Below, one piece after another: positions 1-9,788 of a stretch of 64,000 nt of DNA. How positions within the stretch are numbered: position 1 is the first letter of the stretch; each line of letters opens with the position of its first letter. The notes under the pieces are model-generated. The model had not been told where the DNA came from, did no database searches, and saw only the letters and a list, made by a program, of their open reading frames with translations. The stretch lies in NCBI GenBank assembly GCA_963709405.1, contig CAVPXM010000063.1, positions 128,001-192,000 of the forward strand, given 5' to 3'. Source of the stretch: an uncultured Nitrososphaerales archaeon. GTDB taxonomy: Archaea; Thermoproteota; Nitrososphaeria; Nitrososphaerales; Nitrososphaeraceae. The position numbers and the translations under genes were made by a program.

Positions 1-89
1 AAAATATATTTTTTCTGCTTTGCAACACATGCCCTTGAACAATACTACATATTTATATCATATGATATCGTAGGTATTCAAGATAGCTG

Positions 90-491
90 ATGGAAGATTT
101 TGAGAAGGACTTCCCTGATTTCGATTGGAAAAACATACCGGCTTATAGACACCCGAAGGGGAAAGATTGTCCTTGTCCAAAACACGAGTTCATTCGAGAG
201 CAAATTAATATATCAAAGAATTTGAATAATAGTAGCAGTAGTATGCAAGATTATTCAAAACACTCTCGTAAAGCACAAATTACTTTGAAATTATGCCCGG
301 ATCATTACAATGTATATTTCAAGGAGGTTATCCCCTCCATGCCGCTGAAGTACAAGCTCATGACAAAAGTTGCGATAAAACTTGGAGCAGTCGTGATCCA
401 ACAGATCTCATACATGTTGTCAGATCAATGCTTTTACTGTAGATTTGGATCTGGCGGTTTTGATAGAAAAACAGAACTCCCCCCCATCTAG
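90..491 (+). CDS. Hypothetical Cys/His-rich, probably metal-binding protein
   Basis: 133-aa ORF with CPCPKH, LCPDH and CFYC motifs; TATA-like TTTATATC at 52-59. Confidence 0.7.
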   Translation: MEDFEKDFPDFDWKNIPAYRHPKGKDCPCPKHEFIREQINISKNLNNSSSSMQDYSKHSRKAQITLKLCPDHYNVYFKEVIPSMPLKYKLMTKVAIKLGAVVIQQISYMLSDQCFYCRFGSGGFDRKTELPPI

Positions 492-523
492 GCTTAATAA
501 TATCATTCACATTTCCTTAGTAA

Positions 524-1213
524 TTACTGGAGCATATTTTTTACCATAAGTATACGATCAGATGCCAAGCCTAGTGAAAGGAGGTTTCGCAAAATCATCC
601 AGATATATGGAATGGATTCTTTGGATTCCCCGGAATATCCTTTAAAAAAAGACTTTTGAATCCTCAAATATGTGTGCTGCTCCAGGTCGATTACGCTTGC
701 AAGGAAAGTTGCAATGTCCATACACCTTGAGAATGTAGAAGCATTTTTTTGAGTAAGTCCCAGATCCGTTCTAATAATTGAATCCGTACAACTTATCAAG
801 TAATTTTGAGATTTATTGTCGACAAATGTATATCCAGAATTATGCAATCTCCCTGTCAACACACCTACGTCATAGCTTAATTCAATACTCTTACCATGCG
901 AAAATGCTCTATACAAATTTCCTCCAGGTACATATTCTTCAATGATCATCTCATCAGATATCGATAATAAAGCCGGCGTTGGGACTCCCAACTTTCTTAG
1001 AACTATCCTCATCGCAAAGCCTTCATTTCTACGAGATCGTTCGCCTAATACTGGAGGAGGAGATGGATGCATCAGAAGAATGGAAATCAAACCATATGCC
1101 ACGACCAGAAGGTACTCATGAAAGCATTTACTCTGCTTATTTCTTTTTACAGTGACCTTCTTGCCGTTGATAGTTTCAATCGAGATATCTCTCTGCCAAT
1201 TAACAAAATGCAA
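524..1213 (-). CDS. Atypical protein-kinase-like protein (Bud32/Kdo-WaaP/RIO-like)
   Basis: VTVKR, LRKLGVPTP, IIEEYVPG, LH..G...VDNKSQNYL and RTDLGL match kinase-like subdomains. Confidence 0.7.
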   Translation of the reverse strand: MHFVNWQRDISIETINGKKVTVKRNKQSKCFHEYLLVVAYGLISILLMHPSPPPVLGERSRRNEGFAMRIVLRKLGVPTPALLSISDEMIIEEYVPGGNLYRAFSHGKSIELSYDVGVLTGRLHNSGYTFVDNKSQNYLISCTDSIIRTDLGLTQKNASTFSRCMDIATFLASVIDLEQHTYLRIQKSFFKGYSGESKESIPYIWMILRNLLSLGLASDRILMVKNMLQ

Positions 1214-1287
1214 GGTCTTATCGAATATACGGGCGATTATTAGGTATATACATTGATAATAGATAACTATCGATATTAAATAATTAC

Positions 1288-1968
1288 ATGCCTCTCCATA
1301 AAGGAAATTTAAGCGCTCAACGATTTTTCACGGCTAAAAATGCCAATAGTTACGATAAGCTAGTCTATGCAGCCACATTTGGCCAAGACAAGGTGTGGAA
1401 AAAGCAAATAGCGAATGTGGTAAAAGAATGTAATATTATCCTTGATTTAGGGTGTGGAACGGGCATCCTCTCAGCTATGTTACAACAAAATAATAATTTT
1501 GGGATTGTGTACGGCTTGGATTTGACATTTGAATATTTGAAAGTAGCCTTGGCCAAGAGAATGAATATACCTCTGTTAAATGCAACTGCAGAGGCTCTAC
1601 CTTTCAAGAATGAAGCATTTGATTCAGTCGTTGCATCGTACATACCAAAATATACACAAATTGACCAATTGATAGACGAGTGTCTGCGCGTCCTTAAAAA
1701 GAAAGGAATCCTAATTCTACATGATTTTACCTATCCGCTTTCCAAAGTAATGCGAGTAATCTGGAAATTTTATTTTGCTCTTTTAAGACAAATCTCCGAT
1801 CTTGTACGATCCTGGAAGGATGTTTTTATGGAATTGGATCGCCTCATTGAAACAAGTACGTGGGTAATCGAATGCATGAATATACTGAGTGTAAAAGGCG
1901 TCGATTCTGTAGAATGTATGCATTACACTCTTGGGACGGCTGCAATAATAGTAGCTCACAAGATATGA
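1288..1968 (+). CDS. UbiE/MenG-like class I SAM-dependent methyltransferase
   Basis: YD...TFGQD..WK, ILDLGCGTG, AEALPF...FD, RVLKKKG motifs. Confidence 0.85.
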   Translation: MPLHKGNLSAQRFFTAKNANSYDKLVYAATFGQDKVWKKQIANVVKECNIILDLGCGTGILSAMLQQNNNFGIVYGLDLTFEYLKVALAKRMNIPLLNATAEALPFKNEAFDSVVASYIPKYTQIDQLIDECLRVLKKKGILILHDFTYPLSKVMRVIWKFYFALLRQISDLVRSWKDVFMELDRLIETSTWVIECMNILSVKGVDSVECMHYTLGTAAIIVAHKI

Positions 1969-2702
1969 GTGCTGATAATTCACGACTTAACGAATGGTTT
2001 GTGCCAAAATTTGGTCCTTTAAAATTCCGTGCTTTGATAGGGCTCTTGTTTTTACCGTATACCGCAATGTGTGTGTGCTTCACAATACTTGGAGGATTGT
2101 TATCTCCGGTGATTCATGGAGACAGATTATTTGCAATTGCATTGATTTATTTCCTGGCATTAGGATTATCTGCTCATGCTGCAGATAGCATTGGATCTAA
2201 AAAGGTTAAACCATGGGCGAATTATCTTAGTAAGCGCGAACTGACAGTATTATTAATATCAGGAATAATTCCCGCATATTTGATAGGGCTATATTATATT
2301 ATTAATTATGTACCGCTTCTTTCTTTTATTGCCATTATTGAAGGGTTTTTCCTGTTTGCCTATAATTTTGAGTTATTTGGAGGATTGTTTCACGGCAATT
2401 TTTGGTTTTCTGTGTCATGGGGTGCCCTACCACTTCTTGCCGGATTCGTCATGCAGACCAATTCAATTACTATCTTGTCGATTCTGATATCATTTCTTAC
2501 TGGTCTAGTCAGCTATATAGAAATCAGACTTTCACGTGAATACAAAGTACTGAAAAGAACCAATACTCATATCGCCGAACAAAGAATGTTGGAACTCCGC
2601 TTAAAGGCCATTAGTTTAGGAACAGTAGCAATCACTATTACATTTTTCTCTATTGACTATTTTCGTTATGGACTTGAAATCCTTTCAATGGGGGTATTTT
2701 GA
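1965..2702 (+). CDS. Multi-pass membrane protein, UbiA prenyltransferase-like (degenerate Asp motif)
   Basis: ATG at 1965 forms an ATGA overlap with the methyltransferase stop; about 7-8 hydrophobic helices; LPYT, AHAADS....KPW, FAYN, WGALP segments positioned as in UbiA-family proteins. Confidence 0.6.
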   Translation: MSADNSRLNEWFVPKFGPLKFRALIGLLFLPYTAMCVCFTILGGLLSPVIHGDRLFAIALIYFLALGLSAHAADSIGSKKVKPWANYLSKRELTVLLISGIIPAYLIGLYYIINYVPLLSFIAIIEGFFLFAYNFELFGGLFHGNFWFSVSWGALPLLAGFVMQTNSITILSILISFLTGLVSYIEIRLSREYKVLKRTNTHIAEQRMLELRLKAISLGTVAITITFFSIDYFRYGLEILSMGVF

Positions 2703-2744
2703 AATGATTCAGCTCTTCCATTTTCACTTAATGAGGCAATATGC

Positions 2745-3281
2745 ATGATCCAGATATGTATTGAGGTAGGAAAGTACGGGAGTTTAATTGAAAGTATTCG
2801 TACTCTAGAAAATAAAATGGGTAAGAAAATATCCGTATTTTCAAAAATTTTGCTTTCTGATACAGGCATACTTGAGGACAAACTAGATATCATTCTGAAT
2901 TCTGTAACATCGATACATGTTATCGAACAGCGCGAAGTGAACGTACTAATACTAAGGCGTATCCACTTGGTTGACGAAAAGACAAAAAAAAGACTAGTTT
3001 ATGCAAGCTCACGCATCCATATTGACTGCTTGCCGCTGAGTATAATTAATCAGATTCGAGAGAAACATGATGGGTTAGGAAAGATTCTTATGAATTCCCA
3101 ATTAGAGATCCATAAAAAAATCCTAACCCTTGGGTACGACTGCGTTAAGCATAGATTGTTTAGAAGTTATGATATTTATAGTCAAAAGCGTATTATAATC
3201 GAGACTGAAGAGGTTATGCTAATCAGTGATGAGGATCTAGAAAGTACGGTGATAAGAAATAATGGACCGGGTGGGATTTGA
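2745..3281 (+). CDS. Chorismate pyruvate-lyase (UbiC/DUF98)-like protein
   Basis: ILLSDTG.LE..L, RRIHL......LVYASS, GLGKIL...LEIHKKI, RSYDI.......ETEE pattern; start uncertain (frame open from 2703). Confidence 0.65.
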   Translation: MIQICIEVGKYGSLIESIRTLENKMGKKISVFSKILLSDTGILEDKLDIILNSVTSIHVIEQREVNVLILRRIHLVDEKTKKRLVYASSRIHIDCLPLSIINQIREKHDGLGKILMNSQLEIHKKILTLGYDCVKHRLFRSYDIYSQKRIIIETEEVMLISDEDLESTVIRNNGPGGI

Positions 3282-3336
3282 ACCCACGGCCTCAGCAATG
3301 CCAATGCCGTATCCTACCAGACTAGACGACCGGCCC
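3263..3336 (-). tRNA. tRNA-Ala(GGC), intronless
   Basis: Reverse complement GGGCCGGTCGTCTAGTCTGGTAGGATACGGCATTGGCATTGCTGAGGCCGTGGGTTCAAATCCCACCCGGTCCA folds as a cloverleaf; anticodon GGC; G3:U70 pair. Confidence 0.95.
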
Positions 3337-3431
3337 GCAATATCCATATGCTCAGATTTGGATATTAATACTTTTTACAATAAGTAACAATATTATAATC
3401 ATATCTACACTTCAAGGACCATTGGTATAGG

Positions 3432-3857
3432 GTGTCTCCAGAACAGTCTATAGGTGCAATTGTAACATATCGGCCTTCTCGAGAAGATACGGAGTCTCCA
3501 GAATTCCTGCTTCTCAAGAATAGGAGAGGATATTGGGGCTTTCCCCAAGGGCATAAGGAGAAGGGTGAAACGGAGATACAAACGCTGGTAAGAGAAGTCA
3601 CCGAAGAAACAGGTATAACATCATTGGACATCCAATCCTATATAGGTAAGATTCGGTACACATTTTTCAAATCCGATGGCATGAAATCTGAAAAGGAGGT
3701 TACTTTTTACTCCGCCACGAGTTCCACGCAGTATGTCAGAATTTCAGTTGAGCATGAAAGCTACAGATGGGTTTCATATTCAGATGCACTTTGGATGCTC
3801 GATCACAGGCAGTTACGGTCAATACTATTGAAAGGACATAGAAAGGGCTTATATTGA
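3432..3857 (+). CDS. Nudix hydrolase (Ap4A hydrolase-like)
   Basis: WGFPQGHKEKGETEIQTLVREVTEETG Nudix box; SVEHESYRW. Confidence 0.9.
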   Translation: MSPEQSIGAIVTYRPSREDTESPEFLLLKNRRGYWGFPQGHKEKGETEIQTLVREVTEETGITSLDIQSYIGKIRYTFFKSDGMKSEKEVTFYSATSSTQYVRISVEHESYRWVSYSDALWMLDHRQLRSILLKGHRKGLY

Positions 3858-3955
3858 CCTGCAGACAATTGTATACCACTTTCCCTACTTGCAACCTTAT
3901 CGTAATAGATTTATAGCAAACAATAAACGAATATCCGTGGGGTACTGATTATAAA

Positions 3956-5530
3956 ATGGCAGTTGGTAAGAGGATAGTTTTGACGGCAGATAGAAGCTTA
4001 ATGACAAATTATCGGGGAAATTTTCTTTACGGATTCATCGCTTGTGGACCTTACGAGTTAGTACCTGAATTTGTTTTTGACAAGTTGTTTTGTCCTAGTG
4101 TGGAGACCGACAAAACTACTGGAGAGGTAAAAGTAGCGCAGTGTGGATTGAGGAGGGTAGAGGGGGCATTGTTGAAGGAATACCAACGCGACGATATATT
4201 CATAGCCCATCCGGAGATGTTAGCTAAATCTGTAGGTCCAAACACTAAAGTCCTAGGAATAAATGTGATGGATCCGCTCGGTATGGCACCTGTGACGACA
4301 ACTATGTCTCCTGAAAAGCTTTCCTATGTCGCCATGAAATTTAAGAAGATGTGTGCTTCGATTATCCAGCTCAAGAAAAAATATGACTTTAAAGTAGTCG
4401 TTGGCGGAAATGGAGCATGGGAATTGGCACGACCAGATCGTATGAAGATCCACGGCATAGACACTGTCGTTATTGGGGAGGCAGATGAACTAGCCTTAGA
4501 CCTTTTCCGTGATTTGGAAAATGGCGACGCTCCTGAGCTTTTACACACCTTCGTGAGGAACATTGAAAATATCCCAATGATAACTGGACCAACCATAAAT
4601 TCACTTGTCGAGGCAATGCGAGGATGCGGCAGAGGGTGTGATTTCTGCGATGTCAATAAGAGATCAAAGAAAGACATCCCTCTTGAGAGACTACAATATG
4701 AAGCAAAGATAAATCTTGCTTACGGTTTTGACTCTATCTGGCTTCAATCTGATGAGATGTTATTGTATGGATGTGACAATAAGGACTTCATACCAAATGC
4801 TGACGCAATATTGAACTTGTGGAATGGTCTTAAGTCTGTAGGTGCGAATTTTGTAGGGACTACTCACATGACGTTATCTGCTGTAGCTTCATCTCCCGAT
4901 CTAATCAGGAAGATTTCAGAAGTTAACAACATGCAGCATAACGGAAGATGGCTGGCTACCAATTTGGGAGTTGAAACAGTCGCTCCAAGAATGGTAAAGC
5001 GTCATCTCGGAGTAAAAACCAAACCCTACCAACCAGAAGAATGGGGCACGGTTGTAAGAGAGGGAACAAAGATCCTTAACGACAACCATTGGTTCCCAGC
5101 TTTGACCCTAATTATTGGGTGGCCAGACGAAACCCCAGATGAAACCCAATACACTATCGATCTTATAGAGGACTTTCGTAAAATGAATATGAGAGGGTTG
5201 CTTGCTCCTCTGCTCTATCAGGATTTCTCAGAGAGAAACTCCATGCACTTTGGAAATCTGAACGAAGCTCAATTCACTCTTTTCTGGAAATGCTGGCAAC
5301 ATAACCTGTGGGTTATCAACGACATAATCCCTATTATTATTAGAAACAAGACGTATGGTCCTATGATGAAGATATTTATGGCGGCGTTGATCAAGGCAGG
5401 AACATGGGCCATAATGAGATACCTGAGGGGATTGTCTAAGAGCCTTTTCCATGGACAGTATCCAGAAGATATAGTGAGCAGATACGCTAGGAAGAGATCG
5501 GTTACCACTCCTGTTTTTCGTAAACCCTAG
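3956..5530 (+). CDS. B12-binding-domain radical SAM protein
   Basis: RGCGRGCDFC cluster motif; N-terminal VVVGGNG and DTVVIGEAD Rossmann-like cobalamin-binding region. Confidence 0.85.
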   Translation: MAVGKRIVLTADRSLMTNYRGNFLYGFIACGPYELVPEFVFDKLFCPSVETDKTTGEVKVAQCGLRRVEGALLKEYQRDDIFIAHPEMLAKSVGPNTKVLGINVMDPLGMAPVTTTMSPEKLSYVAMKFKKMCASIIQLKKKYDFKVVVGGNGAWELARPDRMKIHGIDTVVIGEADELALDLFRDLENGDAPELLHTFVRNIENIPMITGPTINSLVEAMRGCGRGCDFCDVNKRSKKDIPLERLQYEAKINLAYGFDSIWLQSDEMLLYGCDNKDFIPNADAILNLWNGLKSVGANFVGTTHMTLSAVASSPDLIRKISEVNNMQHNGRWLATNLGVETVAPRMVKRHLGVKTKPYQPEEWGTVVREGTKILNDNHWFPALTLIIGWPDETPDETQYTIDLIEDFRKMNMRGLLAPLLYQDFSERNSMHFGNLNEAQFTLFWKCWQHNLWVINDIIPIIIRNKTYGPMMKIFMAALIKAGTWAIMRYLRGLSKSLFHGQYPEDIVSRYARKRSVTTPVFRKP

Positions 5531-5544
5531 ATCTTTCTCTTTTT

Positions 5545-5880
5545 TTACTTCTTAGATTCTAAGAACGCGATTGCATCATCAGCAACCGTAGCAGTCTTCG
5601 GACTAAGGATAATAAAGTAGTTCTTATCAGCCCGTTCAAGCGAACTTACAGGCTTATACTTTTTGGTAGAAACATCGAATTCTACCATACCTTGGTCTAG
5701 CGATCCTTTTGTATAGACCATCATCAAGACATCACCAGATAGTGGGCTGAGCGGAATAATAGAGAAGACGTAACCCTTGTATGAGCTGACAGGCATGACT
5801 TGTTTCATGTATGGTGCTACAGATACAAGATAAAGAAAAACATCCTCTATGGTTGAAAATTCCTCGAACTCAAATTTCAT
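5545..5880 (-). CDS. Hypothetical protein
   Basis: 111-aa ORF co-oriented directly downstream of the ferredoxin-NADP reductase gene. Confidence 0.75.
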   Translation of the reverse strand: MKFEFEEFSTIEDVFLYLVSVAPYMKQVMPVSSYKGYVFSIIPLSPLSGDVLMMVYTKGSLDQGMVEFDVSTKKYKPVSSLERADKNYFIILSPKTATVADDAIAFLESKK

Positions 5881-5924
5881 ATATGTTCTCTGTCTTATTT
5901 CTCTGATATAAGGCTTAAGGTAAT

Positions 5925-6767
5925 TTAACCGTAAGATTCGAATTTCACTTCGTAACTACCGTCTTTTCTTTTTTGGCGCTCGGTTACGAATCCCTTTGGT
6001 ATCAAATAGTCCAGTGCTCCATCAACAGTTCCCTGCCAGCCGCATACGTAGAAGGAAGTGTTCTCAGGGGTTATCTTTTCACCCACTAGTTCTTCAAGTG
6101 GTGATCGGTCAGTACCGGCTTTAGGTCTAAGAAATGACTCAACCCTTCCTTTTTGTCCGCTCCAAGTTCGATTAAACCATTCTTGTGGTCTACTGATACT
6201 TGCTCTATACCTGAAATTCCAATCATTCGTTCCGCTGTCAAGGCTTTCCATTTCTAATTCTGTTAGTAGCTCCCGATAACTTAATTCATCAACGTAACTG
6301 GCACCATGTAGGACCACTACTTCTCGCTTGCTTCTTATTGATTTTAAATGCAAAGAGTAAGCAAGAAAGGGCGCTAATCCAGTCCCTCCTCCGATAAGGA
6401 CCATCCTTCTATCATCGTCAGTTCCGTCATGCTTCTTGTGATTTATAGTGAAAATACCAGTGGGTTTAACCCACAAAATTTCATCACCTTCCGTGATGCT
6501 AAACAGCTCCGTGGTCAGGCGACCCGGAAGAGGTTTTCTAACCCATCTGATAATCAATTCAAAATATTTCTTCTGCTCGGGAGGAGATGCTATAGAATAA
6601 GCCCTCCTAATTATTTTGCCTTCTTTTGGGATATGAAGGCCTATCGTTACAAATTGGCCCGCCTTAAAATCTGGAATTGGCCCCTCGGATGGAGTAATTC
6701 TGAAAATTGTCAAGTCTTCCTTAAGAACTCGTACATAGGAAACTGTTCCTCTGTTGTCAACCACCAT
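5925..6767 (-). CDS. fpr: Ferredoxin/flavodoxin-NADP+ reductase
   Basis: FKAGQF, RRAYSIAS, GGGTGLAPF, FYVCG and C-terminal FESY motifs. Confidence 0.9.
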   Translation of the reverse strand: MVVDNRGTVSYVRVLKEDLTIFRITPSEGPIPDFKAGQFVTIGLHIPKEGKIIRRAYSIASPPEQKKYFELIIRWVRKPLPGRLTTELFSITEGDEILWVKPTGIFTINHKKHDGTDDDRRMVLIGGGTGLAPFLAYSLHLKSIRSKREVVVLHGASYVDELSYRELLTELEMESLDSGTNDWNFRYRASISRPQEWFNRTWSGQKGRVESFLRPKAGTDRSPLEELVGEKITPENTSFYVCGWQGTVDGALDYLIPKGFVTERQKRKDGSYEVKFESYG

Positions 6768-7104
6768 ATATGTCTTTTCAAGACTTGTTATGCTAAATAA
6801 ATATTGTTGTTTTGCGATCTCGTTGTTAATATGTATTATCCTATTCTAGGTATTTTATAAGACTGGATTTGAACAATTTGGAATGTGCTGGGGATTTTTA
6901 AACGTCCTTTTACTAAAGCAGTTCACCAATAAGCAGCCCTACTCATAAAGTATACCAATTCAGTATGGATGTCGATATTCAAACAGGCTTAAGATCTAGG
7001 CCGGATTCGATGTGATCCGAGGAAGCATCAATTAAGTTTATCAATATTATACTAAGGTGCCGATTAGCGATTCGACCTCTGCAAGATTAGAAGAGATATC
7101 ACCG

Positions 7105-8577
7105 TCATTCACATACTTTAAGTGCTTTGGATAAGAATTGATTTAATTCAGATATTCTCACCCTTTCTTGCTCCATAGTATCTCGATCTCTAATTGTTAC
7201 AGTCTCATCGGCCATCGATGTTTTATCTATAGTTATTGCATATGGAACTCCGATTTCTTCCAATCGTCTATACCTTCTACCGATTGACCCAGATTCATCC
7301 GAAAAAACATCAAAATCCTTTCTTAATGCAGCGTAAATGCTACGAGCTTTTTCTCCTAGTCCATCCTTAGTCATTAGAGGCAATACGCCCACAGTTATTG
7401 GTGCCAGGTACGGCTTTAGTCTTAAAACTACTCTTTCATCATGATCATAATCTTCATAATAGGAATGTTCAAGGATGGTATACAAACTCCTGTCAATTCC
7501 CATAGAGAGTTCGAAAACATGAGGCAATATCTTGGTCTGATCAGATGGATCAATGACTTCTAAATTTTGCTTACTTGTTGTCAAATGGCCTCTAAGATCA
7601 TAGTCTGATCTATAATTACAAGCAACTAATTCAAGCCAGCCTAAGCTAGTCTCTACTTCATAGTCATATGCAACAGAAGCATAGAATGCCTTCTCAGTAT
7701 CAGAGAGCCTTCTAAAACGGCTTCTCTTCATATCAATCCCAGTCTTGGAATAAAATTGATTTAATATTGCGAGGTAATACGCGACTAGTCTATTGGGTAG
7801 AAGGCCTTTATCAAGCGCTTCTTGAGCTGATAATTCTTGCAATGACCTTTCATCGTAAAAATTAATAATAGTATTCTTCACGTCGTCGTACATTGGTACG
7901 TCATCTAGTTTTTTCGGGTTGCAAAATACTTCGATCTCCGCTTGATAGAATTCCCTTAATCTCAATAAACTTTGTCGTGGGGCAATTTCATTTCTAAAAC
8001 TTTTCCCAATTTGAGCAACCGCAATGGGCAATCTACCACGCATAATCTTGAAAACACGAGCAAAATCCACGAAGATGCTCTGACACGTCTCTGGCCTAAG
8101 ATAGGCTTCGTCGGCTGAAGGCCCCACTTCAACTTTAAACATCATATTGAACCTATTAGTATGTCCAAATTCACCATTGCACTTTGGACATCGAACGGAA
8201 TGCTTTTCGATGAGCATATCAATTGTATCATTAGAGGCTCGTTCTGGGATATTTTCACCTGTTTTTTCTGACACAAATCTGTCAGCTCTAAAGGTAGAAT
8301 TGCATTTTGTACATTTGATAACCGGATCACTGAAATTTCCTAAATGTCCAGAGGCATTGAATACTTTCTTACTCATTATTTGGGTTCCATCAATCTCCCA
8401 CATTCCGTCCCTTCTCACAAGTTCTCTTCGCCAAAGATCAATGAATTTATTTTTCATCTTCAGACCTATTGGCCCGTACTCCCAAAAGCCTGCCAGCGCA
8501 TCCGAATAAATTTCACAACTAGGAAAATAAAAACCCCTTTCCAAAGCAAGCTTCATGATCTGGTCATATTCGCTCAT
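7105..8577 (-). CDS. glyS: Glycine--tRNA ligase (alpha2 type)
   Basis: YLRPETCQSIF, QIGKSFRNEI, REFYQAEIE, SIGRRYRR motifs. Confidence 0.97.
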   Translation of the reverse strand: MSEYDQIMKLALERGFYFPSCEIYSDALAGFWEYGPIGLKMKNKFIDLWRRELVRRDGMWEIDGTQIMSKKVFNASGHLGNFSDPVIKCTKCNSTFRADRFVSEKTGENIPERASNDTIDMLIEKHSVRCPKCNGEFGHTNRFNMMFKVEVGPSADEAYLRPETCQSIFVDFARVFKIMRGRLPIAVAQIGKSFRNEIAPRQSLLRLREFYQAEIEVFCNPKKLDDVPMYDDVKNTIINFYDERSLQELSAQEALDKGLLPNRLVAYYLAILNQFYSKTGIDMKRSRFRRLSDTEKAFYASVAYDYEVETSLGWLELVACNYRSDYDLRGHLTTSKQNLEVIDPSDQTKILPHVFELSMGIDRSLYTILEHSYYEDYDHDERVVLRLKPYLAPITVGVLPLMTKDGLGEKARSIYAALRKDFDVFSDESGSIGRRYRRLEEIGVPYAITIDKTSMADETVTIRDRDTMEQERVRISELNQFLSKALKVCE

Positions 8578-8811
8578 GTTGTCATCAACCTCCCAATAGG
8601 GGCTTTAAGTCTATTCTTTTTGCTTTTACGATTTTGTGAAAACCTGTTATGCCCACTATCGCAACACAATCGAAAGAACTAGCCGTGAAGAATGTGAGTA
8701 TCATCTTGATATCGGCAATAGAGCAGGCTGAAAATTAAATAAAATTTGCAAAGGATTTTCGTTCAGTATTGTCTCAAACAAGTGATTTATTTTTATTATT
8801 ATCTAATCTAC

Positions 8812-9702
8812 CTAATTTCGTATATTCATGAGTGCCTTGACATATTCATAATTTTCAATGTCTCCACGTCGTTCATCTATGGGTGTTTCCAATATTATAG
8901 GAAGATTCTTTATTGAGCTATGTGAAAGGATCGCACTAAAGCCGTCCTTTCCAATTTTGCCTAGCCCTATGTGTTCGTGACGGTCAAGTCCTGATCCAAT
9001 ATCATTAATTGAGTCATTAAGATGGATAAGGTTAAGATATTTTAAGCCAATCTTGTCATCAAATTCTTCTATCGTCTTGTCTACCCCAACTTCATTTCTT
9101 AAATCGTACCCAGCTGCGAAACAATGACATGTGTCCAGACATACTCCGAATCTATGTTTTGAATCCAGCATATCTATTATGTGGCCTAACTCGTCGAAGG
9201 TCGCGCCTACTGAATTTGATTGTCCCGCTCCGTTCTCCAGTAGGATTTTCACCATATTTCCCTTTTTCTTACTTGATTTCCCTGTTGAATCTGATTTTTT
9301 AACGCAACTGTTACATGCTTTAACTAACTGACCAATCCCAATCGTAGATCCCTTACCTAGATGACTGCCTAAATGAATGACTAGCTGAGGTATTTGCAAC
9401 GTGCTACAACGTACCAGTTCTTCAGAAAGGACCTCGACCGATTTCTGATAGGTCACTCCCTCCGGAGCGGACAGATTCGGAAGATATGGCATGTGAACGG
9501 CTACTGAGTCAGGCTTTATTTTGTTCTCATTTAGTTTTTTCTGAAAGCTTCTAACATCGTTTATATCGAGCCCTCTTCCGACCCAACCCCTAGGATTACG
9601 GGTGAATATCTGGAAAGCGGTACATCCAATTTTCCTTGCGTTATCAACGGAATTTGCGATTCCTCCAGCAATAGATACGTGAAATCCAATACCACTAGTC
9701 AA
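8812..9702 (-). CDS. nfo: Endonuclease IV
   Basis: GFHVSIAGG, HMPYLPNL, HLGSH, CLDTCH, HLNDS, DRHEHIG, ILETP. Confidence 0.96.
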   Translation of the reverse strand: MTSGIGFHVSIAGGIANSVDNARKIGCTAFQIFTRNPRGWVGRGLDINDVRSFQKKLNENKIKPDSVAVHMPYLPNLSAPEGVTYQKSVEVLSEELVRCSTLQIPQLVIHLGSHLGKGSTIGIGQLVKACNSCVKKSDSTGKSSKKKGNMVKILLENGAGQSNSVGATFDELGHIIDMLDSKHRFGVCLDTCHCFAAGYDLRNEVGVDKTIEEFDDKIGLKYLNLIHLNDSINDIGSGLDRHEHIGLGKIGKDGFSAILSHSSIKNLPIILETPIDERRGDIENYEYVKALMNIRN

Positions 9703-9788
9703 AGCAATCTTAGTTAAATAGCATCATAATTTAATATATTCTGAGGATGGGCTTTTTATTTCGGTTCGACATAATATTATGAATACGA

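Noticed and set aside
1860-1964. Cys-rich N-terminal extension of the 1860..2702 ORF
   Set aside because: It overlaps the methyltransferase out of frame; the ATGA junction at 1965 is the better start
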